Shown here piece by piece: positions 29,407-40,241 of a stretch of 64,000 nucleotides of DNA. Source of the stretch: an uncultured delta proteobacterium (GTDB lineage: Bacteria; Desulfobacterota; Syntrophobacteria; Syntrophobacterales; Syntrophobacteraceae); the NCBI GenBank assembly GCA_963808625.1, contig CAWEHK010000029.1, forward strand, positions 96,001-160,000, in the 5' to 3' direction. The position numbers and the translations under genes were made by a program. Numbering within the stretch: the first letter of the stretch is position 1; each line of letters opens with the position of its first letter. A model generated the notes under the pieces. The model worked only from the letters and a program-made list of their open reading frames with translations, had not been told where the DNA came from and did not search any database.

Positions 29407-30264
29407 AGCGATGTACCCTCTGCCCGAGGTTCTGCAAAGTGGACCGCCTCGAGGGAGAAATGGGATATTGTCGCACCGGGCGCCAGGCAGTGGTGGCGAG
29501 CTATGGGCCGCACTTTGGAGAAGAGAAACCACTGGTGGGGAGGAGGGGATCGGGAACGATTTTCTTCTCCCACTGCAATCTCTACTGCATTTTCTGTCAG
29601 AACTACGATATCAGCCATGGCGGTCAGGGCGTCCCCGTATCGGCGAAGGAATTGGCCCGCATCATGGTTCATCTCCAGCAGCAGGGGTGCCATAATATCA
29701 ATTTTGTTACACCTTCTCATGTGCTGGCCCAGATCCTGGAGGCCCTTCCCCCGGCTGTTGAAATGGGGCTCTCCATTCCCTTGGTATATAATTGCGGTGG
29801 CTATGAGCGGGCTTCCGCTCTGAAGCTGTTGGACGGTATTGTGGATATCTACATGCCCGATTTCAAATTCTGGGACACGGCCGTAGCCACCGAGATTGTG
29901 CGATGCTCCGGACTACCCCGAACGAGCACGCAACGCCCTCCGCGAAATGCACCGCCAGGTGGGCGATTTGGAGCTCGATGCCGCCGGTGTTGCGGAACGG
30001 GGCCTCCTGGTGCGGCATTTGGTCATGCCCAACCGTCTCGCCGGGACGGCTGCCATCGTGAACTTTATCGCCAATGACATCTCGCGGGGCACTTACCTGA
30101 ATATCATGGATCAGTACCATGCTTGTGGTGAGGCTCGCGGCAAACCGCTTCTGGCACGACGCATCACCCACCAGGAGTTTGAAGAAGCTCTTGAGGCTGC
30201 CCAACAGGCTGGACTCCGGCGCCTGGATGAAAGGCACAAGCACTGGGTAAACCTGGAATTTTGA
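29331..30264 (+). CDS. Radical SAM protein, PflX-like (frameshift near 29897)
   Basis: CTLCPRFCKVDR, HFGEE, GSGTIFFSHCNLYCIFCQN, NINFVTPSH, DIYMPDFK; then MHRQVGDL, GLLVRHLVMP, NIMDQY. Confidence 0.9.
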
Positions 30265-30292
30265 ACCGTATGATCGATCTTGAGAGAGCTTG

Positions 30293-31375
30293 ATGGCACG
30301 GATAGACGCTTTTTTTAGACTATTGCACGAGCAAAAGGGATCGGATCTTCATCTCGTTTCCGGTCAGCAACCGGTGGTGCGAATCAGGGGCGATCTTGAA
30401 CGGGTGAAGTTCAAGGTGCTCGACGACAACGATTTGCGCGCCATGCTCTATGAGATCACCCCGGAGGAGAAGATCAAGATCTTCGAAGAGACGGGAGATC
30501 TGGACTTTTCTTATGACATCCCGGGATTAGCGCGATATCGCGCGAATTACTTCCTGCAAAAGAATGGTATCGGTGCGGTATTCCGTGAGATCCCGAGTGA
30601 CATTCTCACGATAGAGCAACTGAACCTGCCCTCGGTCATCAGCAGGTTGGCAATGCTCCCGAGAGGCCTTGTTCTGGTCACCGGCCCAACGGGGAGCGGG
30701 AAATCAACAACCCTCGCTGCGATCATCGATGAAATCAACCGGAGGCGCAAGGATCATATTATTACCATCGAGGACCCGATTGAATTTGTTCACGCGAGCA
30801 AAAACTGCGTGATCAATCACCGCGAGGTCGGCACTCACACCCGTTCCTTCGCCGCCGCCCTGCGCGCTGTTCTGCGTGAAGACCCTGATATCATTCTGGT
30901 AGGAGAAATGCGGGACCTCGAGACCATCCGTCTGGCCATCGAAGCAGCCAATACGGGCCATCTGGTCTTTTCGACCCTGCACACCTCCGGTGCGGTAAAG
31001 ACCGTGGATCGCGTCATCGAGGTCTTCCCGGAGGGAGAACAGGCCCAGATTCGTTCCACCCTGGCGGATAGTCTTCGATCAATCATTTCTCAGGCGCTGT
31101 TCAAGCGCATCGATGTGAAGGGGCGAGTTGCCGTATTGGAGATCCTGGTTGCCACCCATGCCGTCCGGGCGATGATTCGCGACAGTAAATCCCATCAAAT
31201 CCTCTCGGCCATGCAAACCGGGAAAAAATACGGCATGCAGACCCTGGATGACGGCATTGCTGCCTATTTGCAGGCAGGAAAAATCAGTGCCGAAGAGGCC
31301 TATATGAAATGCGTCGACAAGGAAAGATTCAAAACCTATTTGAAAGAACCCCCGGCGGATTTCACCGAGGTTTAG
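30293..31375 (+). CDS. pilT: Type IV pilus retraction ATPase PilT
   Basis: SDLHL, GPTGSGKSTT, TIEDPIE, REDPDIILVGEMRDLETI, TGHLVFSTLHT, GMQTLD. Confidence 0.95.
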   Translation: MARIDAFFRLLHEQKGSDLHLVSGQQPVVRIRGDLERVKFKVLDDNDLRAMLYEITPEEKIKIFEETGDLDFSYDIPGLARYRANYFLQKNGIGAVFREIPSDILTIEQLNLPSVISRLAMLPRGLVLVTGPTGSGKSTTLAAIIDEINRRRKDHIITIEDPIEFVHASKNCVINHREVGTHTRSFAAALRAVLREDPDIILVGEMRDLETIRLAIEAANTGHLVFSTLHTSGAVKTVDRVIEVFPEGEQAQIRSTLADSLRSIISQALFKRIDVKGRVAVLEILVATHAVRAMIRDSKSHQILSAMQTGKKYGMQTLDDGIAAYLQAGKISAEEAYMKCVDKERFKTYLKEPPADFTEV

Positions 31376-31435
31376 GTTGTCACCGAGAGGGTTCTTACAG
31401 GTTTACCGTTCCCCGAGGTCAATGAGAGAAAAGCC

Positions 31436-32605
31436 ATGCGACAGAAAGAACTGGAAAACCTCCTCACGCGCATCCTTAATGAATACCCTCAGCTCTCGGA
31501 CATCAATTTTACCGTCGGGAAGCCTCCTCAGGCTGAGGTGGACGGCGTACTCCGACCTGTCGGTGAAGACCTGGGCCTGCCGGAGTTGATGCCGTTTCAG
31601 ACGGAGACGATCGCGCTGAATCTCCTTGGCAGGGATCGGCGCAATATTCAACACCTTCTCACCCATGGTTCGTGCGATCTATCCTACCATCTGCCCGGCC
31701 GGGCGCGCTTCCGGGTCAATATTTTTTCCCAGCGCGGCACGTTGTCCATTGCAATGAGGCAGCTTCCAACGGTGATACCCACCATCGAAGCGCTCGATTT
31801 ACCGCGAGTCCTCAAGCAGATTGCGGAGGAGAAGAATGGTATCGTCCTGGTAACGGGCGCCACCGGGAGCGGCAAGACGACAACGATTGCCGCCATCCTC
31901 GACGAGATCAATCGCCAGCGGCCGGTGCATGTAATTACCCTCGAGGACCCCGTGGAATACGTCCATCCTCACTGGAGGGCGACCTTCAACCAGAGGGAGC
32001 TGGGCCTGGATTTCGATACCTTTGCCAATGGTCTGAGAGCAGCGCTTCGGCAGGCGCCGAAGGTCATCCTGGTGGGGGAAATGCGTGACCGGGAGACCGT
32101 AGAGATTGGGTTGAGCGCTGCGGAAACCGGCCATCTCGTGCTTACCACTCTGCATACGGTCGATGCCGGCCAGTCCGTCAACCGGGTTGTCGGTATGTTC
32201 GAGTTGGAGGAAGAACGCCTGGTCCGCATCAGGCTGGCGGACTCCTTGCGCTGGGTGGTCTGTCAGCGCCTTCTACCGAAAGTTGGCGGTGGTCGCGTAG
32301 CGGCTTTTGAGATTATGGGAACCAGCCTCCGCGTCAAGGAAGTCATTCTCAACGGTGAATCTGAAGGCAAGACTTTTTACGATATTCAGGAAAAGGCCAA
32401 GCCTTTCGGGTGGACCACGTTTGATAGTTATGTCCTTGAGCTTTACCAAACCGGACTTATTTCTGAAGACACGGCGCTTGCCTACGCTTCCAGGAGGCCG
32501 GTGGTAGGACGTGGGATCGACCAAATCAGGGCTATCAAAGGGGATGTGACCACCGATATTGAAGAACTGGGAGTCGACCCGAAATATAGCGCGCCAGTTG
32601 GATGA
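31436..32605 (+). CDS. pilU: PilT/PilU-family type IV pilus ATPase
   Basis: GATGSGKTTT, TLEDPVE, LRQAPKVILVGEMRD, TGHLVLTTLHT; tandem with pilT. Confidence 0.8.
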   Translation: MRQKELENLLTRILNEYPQLSDINFTVGKPPQAEVDGVLRPVGEDLGLPELMPFQTETIALNLLGRDRRNIQHLLTHGSCDLSYHLPGRARFRVNIFSQRGTLSIAMRQLPTVIPTIEALDLPRVLKQIAEEKNGIVLVTGATGSGKTTTIAAILDEINRQRPVHVITLEDPVEYVHPHWRATFNQRELGLDFDTFANGLRAALRQAPKVILVGEMRDRETVEIGLSAAETGHLVLTTLHTVDAGQSVNRVVGMFELEEERLVRIRLADSLRWVVCQRLLPKVGGGRVAAFEIMGTSLRVKEVILNGESEGKTFYDIQEKAKPFGWTTFDSYVLELYQTGLISEDTALAYASRRPVVGRGIDQIRAIKGDVTTDIEELGVDPKYSAPVG

Positions 32606-32706
32606 CGGTCAGCCGAAAGAATTTGTCCACTGGCTGACTCTGGAGATTGACGACGATTATTCTCCCGACCAAGAAATAATACCATCGCACCGAGGTGACA
32701 TCAGTG

Positions 32707-33372
32707 ATGAAATGGGGTGCAGTCGATTGGACCCTTTACCTGGTTACCGATTCGCGGTTGGTCGGTCACCGTCCACTGTCCGAGGTCGTAGCCGCGGCCA
32801 TTCGCGGCGGGGCCGGCGTGGTTCAATACCGGGAAAAGAGCCTCAACACCCGCCTGATGGTGGAATCAGCAGCCATCCTGCAACGGGTTTGCCGACAGTT
32901 GGGGGCGGTCTTTTTCGTCAACGACCGACTCGATGTCGCCCTCGCCGTGGATGCTGACGGCGTCCATCTGGGCCAGAATGACATGCCCGTGCGGTTGGCA
33001 AGAAGATTGCTCGGCAGGGAAAAACTCCTGGGGGTCTCCATCCAGGATACCAGGACCATGGATGATGCAGTAAACGAGGGTGCTGATTACCTCTCCCTGT
33101 CTCCCGTTTTTGCCACTCCCACGAAGCCCGACCACGAAGAACCCCTCGGCCTGGAACGGGTGAGGGCGCTCGCGGGACGGTCGCCGCTGCCGGTAGTGGC
33201 CATTGGTGGTATCAATCGCACCAATGTTGCCGCGGTCATGCGCGCGGGGGTGCATGGGGTCTGCGTCATTTCGGCGGTCCTGGGGGCGCCCGACCCCGAA
33301 CAGGCGGCACGGGAGCTGAAGCGGTTGGCGCGGGCGGCGCGGGCAGAAGGGGAGCATGCCGGATGCAGATAA
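32707..33372 (+). CDS. thiE: Thiamine-phosphate synthase
   Basis: LYLVTD, VQYREK, VNDRLDVALAVDADGVHLGQND, TPTK, VAIGGI. Confidence 0.95.
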   Translation: MKWGAVDWTLYLVTDSRLVGHRPLSEVVAAAIRGGAGVVQYREKSLNTRLMVESAAILQRVCRQLGAVFFVNDRLDVALAVDADGVHLGQNDMPVRLARRLLGREKLLGVSIQDTRTMDDAVNEGADYLSLSPVFATPTKPDHEEPLGLERVRALAGRSPLPVVAIGGINRTNVAAVMRAGVHGVCVISAVLGAPDPEQAARELKRLARAARAEGEHAGCR

Positions 33373-34391
33373 GTCAGCTCGGAGAATTCGGCCTTATCCA
33401 GCGCATCAAGAACGCCTTGCCTCATCCGCCTGCGGAAGTGATTGTGGGGATCGGGGATGATGTGGCGGTGCTGAAGACTTCCGCTGCGGAATACCTTTTG
33501 GCCACCTGCGATGCGCAGGTCGAAAATGTGCATTTTTCTCGCATCGTCATTTCTCCTTATCAACTGGGTCGAAGGATTGCCGCGATCAACGTGAGTGACA
33601 TCGCAGCCATGGCGGGGACCCCTCTGTGGGCTTTGGTGTCGCTGGCGCTGCCTGAGGACCTTGATCCGGGCTTTGTCGACGCGCTTTACGCAGGGATGCA
33701 TGAACAGCTCAGCCTTGCCGGCGCCGTCATTGTCGGAGGAAACCTCAGCCGGATTGAGCGGAACATTGTGGTCGACCTTTGCCTGCTGGGGAAGGTTGCG
33801 CCCGACCACCTGTTGCTGCGCAGCGGAGCTTGCAAAGGAGACCTGATTCTGGTAACCGGCTGGCTGGGTGATTCCAGGGCCGGTCTGGAGCTGATCCGAC
33901 GGCCGGAATTGAACGTCGCGGAAGATACCCGAAAACAACTTGAACAAAGGCATCTGACCCCTCAGCCGCGCCTTCGGGAGGGGCAGGAGTTGGGCAAATC
34001 CGCCCTGGCGCACGCGCTGGTGGATGTCAGCGACGGGCTGCTCAGCGATATCGGGCACATCTGCCGGGCAAGCCGGGTCGGGGCCGAGATCCGACTGGGG
34101 AAGCTGCCGATCAGTGCCGCCGCCAGGGAAGCGGCGCAGGCTGCCGGGCAGGATGTTTCCAGGTGGGCCCTGTCCGGTGGCGAGGACTACGAACTCCTTT
34201 TTACGGCATCACCCGAGTCTGCCGATAAAATCCGGAACATCCTGAAAGAGCGGACAGGGACCGAGTGTCATGTTGTTGGCAGGGTTGTGGACGAAGCCGA
34301 AGGCATCCAACTCTGCCTTGAAGATGGAAGGAAAACGGCGTTGCCTCAAGGACCCGCGGGGTGGGACCATTTCGCCGCTGCGAGCCGCTGA
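33363..34391 (+). CDS. thiL: Thiamine-monophosphate kinase
   Basis: GEFGLI, GIGDD, NVSDIAAMAG, DVSDGL, GGEDYELLFT, GWDHF. Confidence 0.96.
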   Translation: MQISQLGEFGLIQRIKNALPHPPAEVIVGIGDDVAVLKTSAAEYLLATCDAQVENVHFSRIVISPYQLGRRIAAINVSDIAAMAGTPLWALVSLALPEDLDPGFVDALYAGMHEQLSLAGAVIVGGNLSRIERNIVVDLCLLGKVAPDHLLLRSGACKGDLILVTGWLGDSRAGLELIRRPELNVAEDTRKQLEQRHLTPQPRLREGQELGKSALAHALVDVSDGLLSDIGHICRASRVGAEIRLGKLPISAAAREAAQAAGQDVSRWALSGGEDYELLFTASPESADKIRNILKERTGTECHVVGRVVDEAEGIQLCLEDGRKTALPQGPAGWDHFAAASR

Positions 34392-34550
34392 AGGCGATTG
34401 CCAATGCCCAATAACTATGCTCTTGAAGGTTTAAATATTTCATTTTTGCGCAGCGCCGCAGAGAACGCAGAGACTCCTGCCAGATGCCTTTCTCCGCAAT
34501 CTCCGCGCCTCTTTGCGGATTTTAGAAGTTAAAGTTCTCATGCTGGTTTC

Positions 34551-34683
34551 CATCCGGAAATTTACCTGTTGCGTAGGGGCGGGCTTTACGCCCGCCCGAA
34601 ATGATCAATAAATCCGGTGCATTTCGGGAGGGGATAAACCCCTCCCCTACAGTCCGAACTCAAACATGTGCAGTTTCCGGATG
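34551..34683. repeat. GTAG-REP doublet nested in CATCCGGAAA/TTTCCGGATG outer IR; heptamer tract (AAGAGCC/AATAGCT) follows at ~34710-34750
   Basis: gtaggggcgggc...gcccgccc and gggagggg...cccctcccctac lie in inverted orientation inside the outer IR. Confidence 0.75.
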
Positions 34684-34770
34684 AACACAAGCTAAGCAAG
34701 GATAAACCAAGAGCCAAGAGCCAATAGCTAAGAGCTAACAGCCAATACCATGAGGAGTGACGGAGGCAAA

Positions 34771-35592
34771 ATGCTGAAAATTCCACGGGCGTTGACCATT
34801 GCCGGATCGGATTCGGGTGGGGGAGCGGGCATCCAGGCGGACCTCAAGACCTTTGCTGCCCTCGGTGTTTATGGAATGAGCGCCGTTGCGGCTTTGACCG
34901 CACAGAACACGGTTGGCGTCCGGGGGATTGTGGAAGTTGCTCCGGAGTTTGTTTCCTTGCAGGTCCGAGCGGTTGTCGAAGATATTGGTGTTGATGCGGT
35001 CAAGACGGGCATGCTCGCCAATGCCGCCATTATCTCGCAGGTTGCAAAGGACTTGAAAGAGCTGGGTCTCGAAAGGATTGTCGTCGACCCCGTAATGGTC
35101 GCCAAAGGAGGAGACAGGTTACTGCGCGCGGATGCCGTCGAAGCCATGGCAAAAGAATTGTTGCCGCTGGCCCTGGTGGTTACGCCCAATCTCCATGAGG
35201 CTGCGGCGTTGATCGGTCGGGAGGTGAACGACCTGGAAGCGATGAAAGAGGCGGCCCGCGCGATCAAAGCTTTCGGCCCTCGATATGTCGTGATCAAAGG
35301 AGGGCACCTTCCGGGAACGCCACTCGACCTTCTTTTTGATGGCATCAGGTTCCGCGAATATACCAATCTGCGCTACGACACACCCCATACCCACGGGACG
35401 GGATGTACCTTTGCCTCAGCCATTGCCGCAGGGCTGGCGCGCGGCCTCGGCGTTGAAGATGCGGTGGCGCACGCCAAGATGTATATAACCGCTGCCATCC
35501 GGCACGGAATTGCGATAGGAAAAGGGCACGGTCCGGTACACCATTTCCATGGCCTGTATCGGCTGGCCGGGTGGGAACTGAAAAGCACCTGA
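34771..35592 (+). CDS. thiD: Hydroxymethylpyrimidine/phosphomethylpyrimidine kinase
   Basis: [52 protein letters not shown]. Confidence 0.97.
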   Translation: MLKIPRALTIAGSDSGGGAGIQADLKTFAALGVYGMSAVAALTAQNTVGVRGIVEVAPEFVSLQVRAVVEDIGVDAVKTGMLANAAIISQVAKDLKELGLERIVVDPVMVAKGGDRLLRADAVEAMAKELLPLALVVTPNLHEAAALIGREVNDLEAMKEAARAIKAFGPRYVVIKGGHLPGTPLDLLFDGIRFREYTNLRYDTPHTHGTGCTFASAIAAGLARGLGVEDAVAHAKMYITAAIRHGIAIGKGHGPVHHFHGLYRLAGWELKST

Positions 35593-35631
35593 AAAAAGAC
35601 GCACCAACAGCCCAGCGCCATGCGGGAAGCG

Positions 35632-36288
35632 CTACTTGGTGATCAGCCCCTTTTCCATGGCGAAAGCCGTCAAGGCGGAAACGCTGTGCAGATCCAGTTT
35701 CTTCATGAGGTTGGCCCGGTGCTTTTCGACCGTTTTCACGCTGATGCACAAATAGTCGGCAATGTCTTTGTTCTTGTGCCCCTCTGCAACCATCTTAAGA
35801 ACTTCCTGTTCGCGCTGCGTGAGGGTATCCCAGGGAGAGTGTGTCTTTAATGTCTTCCTTCCCTCCAGGTATCCTTCGATGACCTTCTCCGAAATTCCCG
35901 GACTGAGATAACACTTCCCGGACAGTACACAGTCGATGGCAAGCATGAGTTCGCTGTGGGTGGCATCTTTCAACACATATCCATCCGCACCGGCTTTGAG
36001 AGCGGCGAGGATGTATTCTTCGGTGCGGTGCACGGTGAGCACCAGGATCTTGGCTTCGGGGCAATGTCTCTTTATTTCCTTGATCGCGTCCATGCCGCTC
36101 ATCTTGGGCATGGAAAGATCCATCAAAATCAGATGCGGCTTCAGGGATTCAGCGTGGTGTATGGCCTCCAGGCCGTCCTGAGCTTCTCCGGCAACTTCCA
36201 GAGAGGGATTGGAAGCAAGCAGCATCCTTAATCCCTCCCTCAAGATCGTGTGATCCTCGGCGATCAGAACCCGTTTCTTCTCTCTCAT
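35632..36288 (-). CDS. NarL/FixJ-family response regulator (REC + LuxR HTH)
   Basis: VLIAEDH, LMDLSMP, GYVLK, LTQREQEVLK, ISVKTVEKHRANLMKKL. Confidence 0.95.
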   Translation of the reverse strand: MREKKRVLIAEDHTILREGLRMLLASNPSLEVAGEAQDGLEAIHHAESLKPHLILMDLSMPKMSGMDAIKEIKRHCPEAKILVLTVHRTEEYILAALKAGADGYVLKDATHSELMLAIDCVLSGKCYLSPGISEKVIEGYLEGRKTLKTHSPWDTLTQREQEVLKMVAEGHKNKDIADYLCISVKTVEKHRANLMKKLDLHSVSALTAFAMEKGLITK

Positions 36289-36796
36289 AGACTTCCTCAG
36301 ACCCCTGCGATGAAATCCTGTGATCCATTCGGACTGTCATGAAATGACATCCGGCGACTCCCCTTTTAAGATCGCGCGGCAAATGTAGCATATTAGGAAT
36401 CATTTTAGAAACCCAAGACCGCGGTCGTCAACAGCCCGGCATTTGATCACAATTTATCTTATAATAATTGATATATCATATGGTTATACATTACTATACG
36501 AACTGCCATGTTTCGCTGCGCGATATTTTTTGATAATCTTTCCTTGACCGTCGATAAGACGCGCGCGAGTCTTTGTTAAAATTGGAAACCGTTACCGCAA
36601 TGGGAAGCCTGTGAAGGGATGAGGAAGGGATCTTGTCAGACACGGTTTAGGATCTGCAGTAGTTTGGGGCTGAATTCATCCGCACCGGGCAATCTGCCGA
36701 GGGTGTTTGGGGCAGGCGGGCCCATGGGATGGGACGCAATTTCGGCAGCGGGTTGCAGACCATCCTGCGAACAGACTGCAATGCTGAGAGGACCAC

Positions 36797-38356
36797 ATGG
36801 ATCGCGCTGAACTGATCACTCGATTAGAGGCTGAACGGGAAAACTGGGACATCATTATTATCGGCGGCGGCGCCACTGGCATGGGTGCTGCGGTCGATGC
36901 GGCGTCGCGGGGCTATAAGACCCTGCTGCTCGAGCAGCATGATTTTGCCAAAGGCACTTCGAGCCGCAGCACCAAGCTGGTTCACGGCGGGGTGCGGTAC
37001 CTCCGGCAGGGCAATATCTCCCTGGTCCTCGAAGCGCTTCACGAACGAGGCCTGCTGATGCAAAACGCACCGCATCTGGTGATGAACCAGACTTTCCTGG
37101 TGCCGAATTATGAGTGGTGGGACGGGCCGTTCTATGGGGCGGGGTTGAAGGTATATGATCTGCTCGCGGGGAAGTTCGGGCTTGGTCCCTCGGCAAGACT
37201 TTCCAGAGAAGAAACCTTGAAGCGTATCCCTACGCTTAAGGAGGAAGGACTGCGCGGCGGCGTGGTCTATCATGACGGTCAATTTGACGACTCCCGACTC
37301 GCCATCAGTCTGGCTCAGACGGCTGTCGACTTCGGTGCCCTCGTGATCAACTACATGAGGGTTACGGGCCTGATGAAAACGGGGCCCATGATCAACGGCG
37401 TATGCGCAATGGATATGGAAACCGGGAAAGCGTACGAAATCCATGGCAGAGCAGTGATCAATGCGACCGGTGTATTCACCGACAGCGTGCTCCGGATGGA
37501 CGATCCCGACGCCGAGAGAATCATCGCTCCAAGCCAGGGAATACACCTCGTCCTGGACAAGGAATTTCTCCCGGGAGTCACCGCGGTCATGGTCCCCCAG
37601 ACGGTGGACGGCCGGGTCTTATTCGCGGTCCCCTGGCATGGCAAAGTCATCGTTGGCACCACGGACACTCTCGTTCCCGAACCTTCCCTGGAACCGCTTG
37701 CCAAGGAAGAGGAAATCGCGTTTATCTTGAGTCACGCCGCCAAATATTTGACCAAGGTGCCGCAGCGGGAGGATGTGCGAAGTGTCTTTGCCGGCTTGCG
37801 GCCGTTGGTAAATCCCGGCTACAACCAGCCGACGGCATTGATTGCCAGAGATCATGTTCTCCTGGTGTCAAAATCGGGTCTGGTAACCATCACCGGCGGC
37901 AAATGGACCACGTACCGCAAGATGGGTGAAGAAGCGGTCGACCACGCCTTGTTGGTGGGAGGACTCGAAGATCGCCCCTGCCTGACGAAAAATCTGCGCA
38001 TTCACGGTGCCCTCGAGAATATCGACCAAACCGACCCCCTCCATGTCTACGGCTCCGATGCACGCCTCATTCACGGGTTCATCGAAAAGGACCCCGGTCT
38101 CGGGCAAAAACTGCACGAAGCGCTGCCCTACCTGCGAGCTGAGGTCGTTTGGGCCGTTCGGGAGGAGATGGCTCGAACGGTGGAGGATGTGCTGGCTCGC
38201 AGGACCCGCGCCCTGCTGCTGGACGCCAGGGCGAGCATCGAAGCCGCCCCGGCGGTGGCCGGGATCATGGCTGCCGAGCTCGGCTATCCGGAACCATGGC
38301 AAAAGGAGCAAGTGGCCGCATACACCAGCCTTGCCATCGCCTACACGCTGGCCTAG
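36797..38356 (+). CDS. glpD: FAD-dependent glycerol-3-phosphate dehydrogenase/oxidase
   Basis: IIGGGATG, GTSSRSTKLVHGGVRYL, DGQFDDSRL, GLRPL, GGKWTTYRKM. Confidence 0.95.
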   Translation: MDRAELITRLEAERENWDIIIIGGGATGMGAAVDAASRGYKTLLLEQHDFAKGTSSRSTKLVHGGVRYLRQGNISLVLEALHERGLLMQNAPHLVMNQTFLVPNYEWWDGPFYGAGLKVYDLLAGKFGLGPSARLSREETLKRIPTLKEEGLRGGVVYHDGQFDDSRLAISLAQTAVDFGALVINYMRVTGLMKTGPMINGVCAMDMETGKAYEIHGRAVINATGVFTDSVLRMDDPDAERIIAPSQGIHLVLDKEFLPGVTAVMVPQTVDGRVLFAVPWHGKVIVGTTDTLVPEPSLEPLAKEEEIAFILSHAAKYLTKVPQREDVRSVFAGLRPLVNPGYNQPTALIARDHVLLVSKSGLVTITGGKWTTYRKMGEEAVDHALLVGGLEDRPCLTKNLRIHGALENIDQTDPLHVYGSDARLIHGFIEKDPGLGQKLHEALPYLRAEVVWAVREEMARTVEDVLARRTRALLLDARASIEAAPAVAGIMAAELGYPEPWQKEQVAAYTSLAIAYTLA

Positions 38357-38447
38357 CAGGGCGGGCGGCAGCATAGGCATCAAGCCAAGGCGGTTTTCCG
38401 GTCCTTACCCCTTTCTCAGAAGACTGAAGGCATAAGGACTAACCTGA

Positions 38448-38700
38448 AGAATATCGAATATCGAACAAGGAACCGCAGAATATCGAAGGGAAATAGGGAC
38501 TTGATCTTGACAAGGGGTTGATTGGTTTTGTCGTTCAAGTTGTTCGAATGGCAGAAGCTTGGCTCGTTCCCAGGCTCCAGCTTGGGAACGCAAGCAGCCC
38601 AACGAAGCCTGAGCTCGAAGGCCGACGGGTTCCCAAGCCGGAGCTTGGGAACCAGCTCTTACTTCATCATTCGAAATTCCTTGTTCGATATTCGATGTTC
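38448..38700. repeat. Nested repeat: AATATCGAACAAGGAA / TTCCTTGTTCGATATT outer IR around a GTTCCCAAGC-family REP doublet (38563-38655)
   Basis: Left arm also at 21246-21284; right arm also at 43005-43044. Confidence 0.7.
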
Positions 38701-38749
38701 GTTTTCTCCATGCAATTTACAGCACCTTGAGTGAAGGCTTTGAAGTCGG

Positions 38750-39582
38750 AAAAAGAGATTTGAAAGAGCTCGAAGAGATCTTCCGCTCCAAGGTCCTGGC
38801 CATGCTTAAAGGCTGAGGGTAGAATAACCGACGGGTTTATCGAAAAACTCATGGCCTGGCGCCACAGCGGTTTCAGCGTCCATGCCGGAAATCAGATAGC
38901 CAGAGACGACCGGGACGGTCAGAAAGCCCTGGCGGAATACATCCGGCGAAACGCCTTTTCCGAACAGAAGGCTTGTCCCGGACTCCGATCCGGGATTACC
39001 TATATCGAGGATACCGGCAAGGTCGTTTACCGGTCAGCGATAACCCATGGGAGCAACAAGAAAAACTTCCAAATCTTTCACACCGAGGAATTCATCGCCG
39101 CAATCACTCAGCATATTCCCGACAAACATTCCCGAATCGGGGTCCGGGACAAGCTTCAGATGGTAAGGTACTACCGCCGTTGGCACTCAAGTAGAAGCAG
39201 GGGAGAAAGAATCAAGGCCGGGCTCTTCAGGCCCGGTGATGAGCCGGCGTCTTCGGTGGTGAGTCCCGAGGTGACGGTGTTGGATGTTTCCGAGCACCGG
39301 TCGCGGCGAGTGCCGTCTAAAACCTGGCGAGAGCTCATCAAAAAGATCTGGGAAGTTGACCCTCTCAGTTGTCCTCGATGCGGCCATGAGATGAAAGTCG
39401 TCAACTTTATTCATGAACCCGACGTCATAGAACGCATCCTCCGCCACCTGGGGCCTATGGAAGCAGCACCCGGGTCCTCACTGGGGTACAAATCGAAAGC
39501 GCCAGGAGATGGGCCGGTTGTCCTCGATGATTTTGACGACGGCTGGCCCGGATATGAGGAGCCCGGCTTCGTCTACCACTAA
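38750..39582 (+). pseudogene. IS91-family (Y2 HUH) transposase remnant, C-terminal part only
   Basis: WRHSGFSVH, LAEYI, FIAAITQHIP, QMVRYY, WRELIKKIWEVDPLSCPRCGHEMK, IERILRHLG. N-terminal domain missing; frameshift near 38810. Confidence 0.8.
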
Positions 39583-39879
39583 ACTCCGTCGCTGGAGGGA
39601 TCCCCCACCGGCTAGCACAGGACAGTTTGCCCTCAAACCGGGGCAAATACCCTCTTGCAAGCCCTCCACAAACAAAGAAATACGTGCCCCGAGGTTCAAT
39701 GTGCGTCGCCCTGCTTATCATTCCGACCACCACGGTGTCACACCGTGGTGGTTCTTGTCATCACACTCACGAAGAAATCGGTACAAAAATGGCCTTGACA
39801 TTATCGACAACACCTGCTACCGAGCAAACCTCGAAAAAGCAATTTCCTATCAGCTCGAGCTTGCCGGCGATGCTGCCGA

Positions 39880-40240
39880 AGGAAGCATCATGCCTTGTAC
39901 GAAACTTATGGTGGTGGATCAACTCCTGGGCAGCGACCCGCAGAACACGGTCATTAAAGACTTTTTGACTCTTTACAAAGACGTGTATCATTATGATCAA
40001 CGATATCCGATCAACACCCACTCGGGGTATGCCCGGGATGCGATCTACCTTCTGGCAAATGCCATGCGCCAGGTCGGTATGGAACCGGAAGCCCTCCGGA
40101 ATGCTATCGAGCAAACCAAGGGCTATGTAGGCGTCAGCGGCATCCATAATCTAACCTCCAAGGATCACAATGGACTGGGGACGGATTCCCTCGTCATGGT
40201 CAAAGTTGAAAATGGCAAGTGGGTGCTGCTGAAACCTTAA
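39880..40240 (+). pseudogene. C-terminal fragment of a LivK-like ABC transporter substrate-binding protein
   Basis: SGYARDAIYLLANA, LRNAIEQTKGYVGVSGIHNL..DHNGL..VMVKVENGKW. No N-terminal part or signal peptide. Confidence 0.7.
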
Positions 40241-40241
40241 G

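Noticed and set aside
30293..32605. Functional link between pilT/pilU and the coiled-coil McrBC operon
   Set aside because: They are 22 kb apart with housekeeping genes between; no sequence evidence of linkage.
32606..32706. TPP riboswitch expected upstream of thiE (and of thiD at 34392-34770)
   Set aside because: No conserved CTGAGA...ACCTGA...AGCGTAGGGA core is visible; the thiD upstream region consists of repeats.
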